Below are positions 62,901 to 64,000 of a stretch of 64,000 nt of DNA, in pieces. Every line of letters starts with the position of its first letter. Within the stretch, counting starts at the first letter, position 1. The stretch comes from Botryllus schlosseri (taxonomy: Eukaryota): positions 11,408,001 to 11,472,000 of the forward strand of contig CM119383.1 in NCBI GenBank assembly GCA_051294905.1, read 5' to 3'. Under the pieces are notes generated by a model. It did no database searches, had not been told where the DNA came from, and saw only the letters and a list, made by a program, of their open reading frames with translations. The translations under genes and the position numbers were made by a program.

Positions 62901-64000
62901 CACGAATAGTTGCGGTGTAGTATTCGATGTTGTTCTGTTTTGCGATGTCACTGTCGAACAATCATGACATAATGATCGCTAATCATAATACAATTAACGG
63001 CATTGTCTCTAAACAAGAGTAGATAGTAGCCAAAGCCTGTGAGATCGGCGATGCGATAGTTGAGGCTAGCGACACACGACATCTGGCGCACGTGGCCTAT
63101 TACAATTACAGATGCGATTGCTCAGGCCAACGGTTATGTAGAGCGCACCAGTCCTGTTGGAGACGCGACTGATTACGCAAGCGATTATATCTTGCGCACA
63201 TGGCCTCTTGTGTATGCGATTGTTAAGGCCTGTCGTTGACGCGATGAATCAACAAGGATTGCCGTGCACGCTTGTAGCAATCAATCAGCGACCTAATTTC
63301 GCCCGCGTACAAACGGCAAACCAACTCAGCGAGAGATCGCGTGCTTTGCAGACGACTCTCGTTAATTAGAAACACGCTTTCGTTAATTGGCAACACGCTT
63401 CTCTATTTGGCAGCGGGTTACACTCTATAATACGAATTACGGAGCCCAATGGCTAGAGGTGATGCGCAATTGAAACAAGCATGAAGAAAGGTGTGATTTC
63501 AAGTTTTTGATCGAAGGTTTTTTTTTCAAGGCTTGCTGTACCCATGTATAATACGCACCCCCACCCCCCTATTTTAGGGCAAAAAATCGGTAAAATTTCG
63601 CGCATTATACATGGAACATTACGGTAGTCAATAAACAGTTGAGTTAGCGGTGCAAGTGGACAAAAATTACTTGAATAATATGAAAAAAGTATAAGCATTC
63701 CTTTACTGGCTACCTCTGGAAACAGGTAATTTTCGGATTAGATTACCTGGCTTTTTCAAAGACAACACCAACAGACAATAGCTATAAATTTTCCGTTTCA
63801 AAATACAATACAATGTAGAGAACTGAATATGGCTTTAATAAGTGAATCTTCCACACTAGTAATTAAAGTGGATGCTTACTTGAAAAACGTGGCTTTTCGC
63901 ATCATTGCACAGGGTAGTCAACCATTCTTCTTCCAGTTCATGACTCATGGACAGAACCGCTTCTTTATGAACTTTCAATTCGCAGTAAAGCAATCTCTCT
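50981..64000 (-). CDS. WDR97/WDR87-like WD40-repeat gene, partial (5' end beyond window). Exons >64000-63880, 62281-62043, 59881-59679, 58961-58792, 56948-56801, 56733-56585, 55017-54887, 54076-53944, 52907-52830, 51056-50981.
   Basis: Ten exons join in phase: ...HVFQ|IWSLPAIELQH...EHRDRILSVKPCKKRMIFCSSS|ADGVIKIWNLEKVLLADVRLGENLTCCSFLNDNADLILGWKHQLFSI. This WD40 motif pattern resembles WDR97/WDR87 and is followed by acidic and Lys/Ser-rich low-complexity exons. The 3' end is unresolved. Confidence 0.8.
51968..52744 (+). mobile_element. hAT-Charlie/Buster derivative with a transposase C-terminal remnant
   Basis: Right TIR gttgagaaccactg; left TIR degraded; no TSD. ORF 52369-52587 has ALGVISTFATTYLCGKAFSEL, matching the Buster-type FxTTYLCExxFS dimerisation motif. 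Confidence 0.75.
53110..53924 (+). mobile_element. hAT derivative (TAGGG termini) retaining a dimerisation-domain-like ORF (53272-53646)
   Basis: TIR tagggcg / cgcccta; 8-bp TSD cttataac / cttattac (7/8); ggtcaaaa subterminal repeats. The ORF contains CQPTTAAVERSFSILGKLFSKDRHFLPENV. Confidence 0.85.
54260..54438. mobile_element. Internally deleted copy of the 30730-31621 GACTC hAT family
   Basis: Shares the left end and the right-arm sequence (aaaatcgattgacttgacttgactcgagtcaaaa.gtgcaatgactcg...ggtagtgac..gatccca.cact). No TSD seen. Confidence 0.75.
55872..56427. mobile_element. hAT MITE with GACTC arrays and a different TIR
   Basis: TIR cagggttgtaat / attacagccctg (11/12); perfect 8-bp TSD aattttaa. 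Confidence 0.88.
57261..58050 (-). mobile_element. tRNA-derived SINE (same family as 35494-35835) split by a MITE insertion
   Basis: The head is at 57960-58050, the body at 57801-57960 and the tail at 57261-57329; together they reconstruct the 35494 copy. Confidence 0.85.
57330..57800. mobile_element. 471-bp MITE with long (~150 bp) imperfect inverted arms, hAT-type TSD
   Basis: Termini tagggcggttcaaaaa / ttttaacagcccta; internal arms are mirrored (caaatttgaattcattccaaccaataatcgcggatt vs aatccgcgattattggctggaatgaattcaaatttg); 8-bp TSD aggtatat / atgtatat (7/8). Confidence 0.85.
58060..58250 (+). repeat. Interspersed repeat fragment, related to ~62520-62710 and ~51565-51630
   Basis: Shared tcgaag..g.ctacttt...aatt.caggg..catcttcacgacc and ...tcagttacc...gttatgaca.tttca...tgatgaaaac.tatccc. 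Confidence 0.55.
60420..60625 (-). mobile_element. Degenerate tRNA-derived SINE of a further family
   Basis: Minus strand reads gtagctcagtggtcagagctctggactcgcaaatctgaggttttgtgttcgatc. The A box and D arm are intact, but the anticodon and T stems do not pair, so this is not a functional tRNA. Confidence 0.6.
62778..63624. mobile_element. TA-flanked Tc1/mariner (pogo-like) non-autonomous element carrying a family X copy (~62960-63425)
   Basis: TA|ccgtaattttccg ... ggaacattacgg|TA; repeated cccatgtataatacgcaccc subterminal motifs at both ends. Confidence 0.75.

Noticed and set aside
63747-63781. 35-nt candidate exon of the WD40 gene
   Set aside because: It would shift phase; the flanking exons already join cleanly (HVFQ|IWSLP).

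Overview
AT-rich eukaryotic genomic DNA with many GT-AG introns (shortest 57-70 nt). It is most consistent with an invertebrate chordate such as an ascidian; this is inference, not established. No prokaryotic features (operons, CRISPR, rRNA) were found. Five protein-coding loci were reconstructed by hand from splice sites and exon phases. (1) A TCERG1-like Pro-rich/WW gene (minus, ~587-2481). (2) A complete SLC20/PiT sodium-phosphate symporter (minus, 4763-18240, 19 exons, ~797 aa). (3) A 6-exon gene I do not recognise (minus, 27710-33751, ~406 aa), with a decayed duplicate of its last exon at ~24357-24800. (4) A complete 7-exon class A GPCR closely resembling FFAR4/GPR120 (plus, 45147-50275, ~434 aa). 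(5) A WDR97/WDR87-like WD40 gene (minus) entering from the right edge and traceable to ~50981; further minus-strand exon candidates at 39.1-44.6 kb would place the GPCR antisense inside one of its introns. Introns and intergenic DNA hold many short non-autonomous transposons: nine hAT-type elements with visible 8-bp TSDs, a TTAA/Kolobok-like element, a TA/pogo-like element, tRNA-derived SINEs, L2/Crack-type LINE 3' ends and an unclassified ~0.6-0.9 kb repeat, often nested. All coordinates were read by eye and may be off by a few bases. All homology statements are from recall, not database searches.
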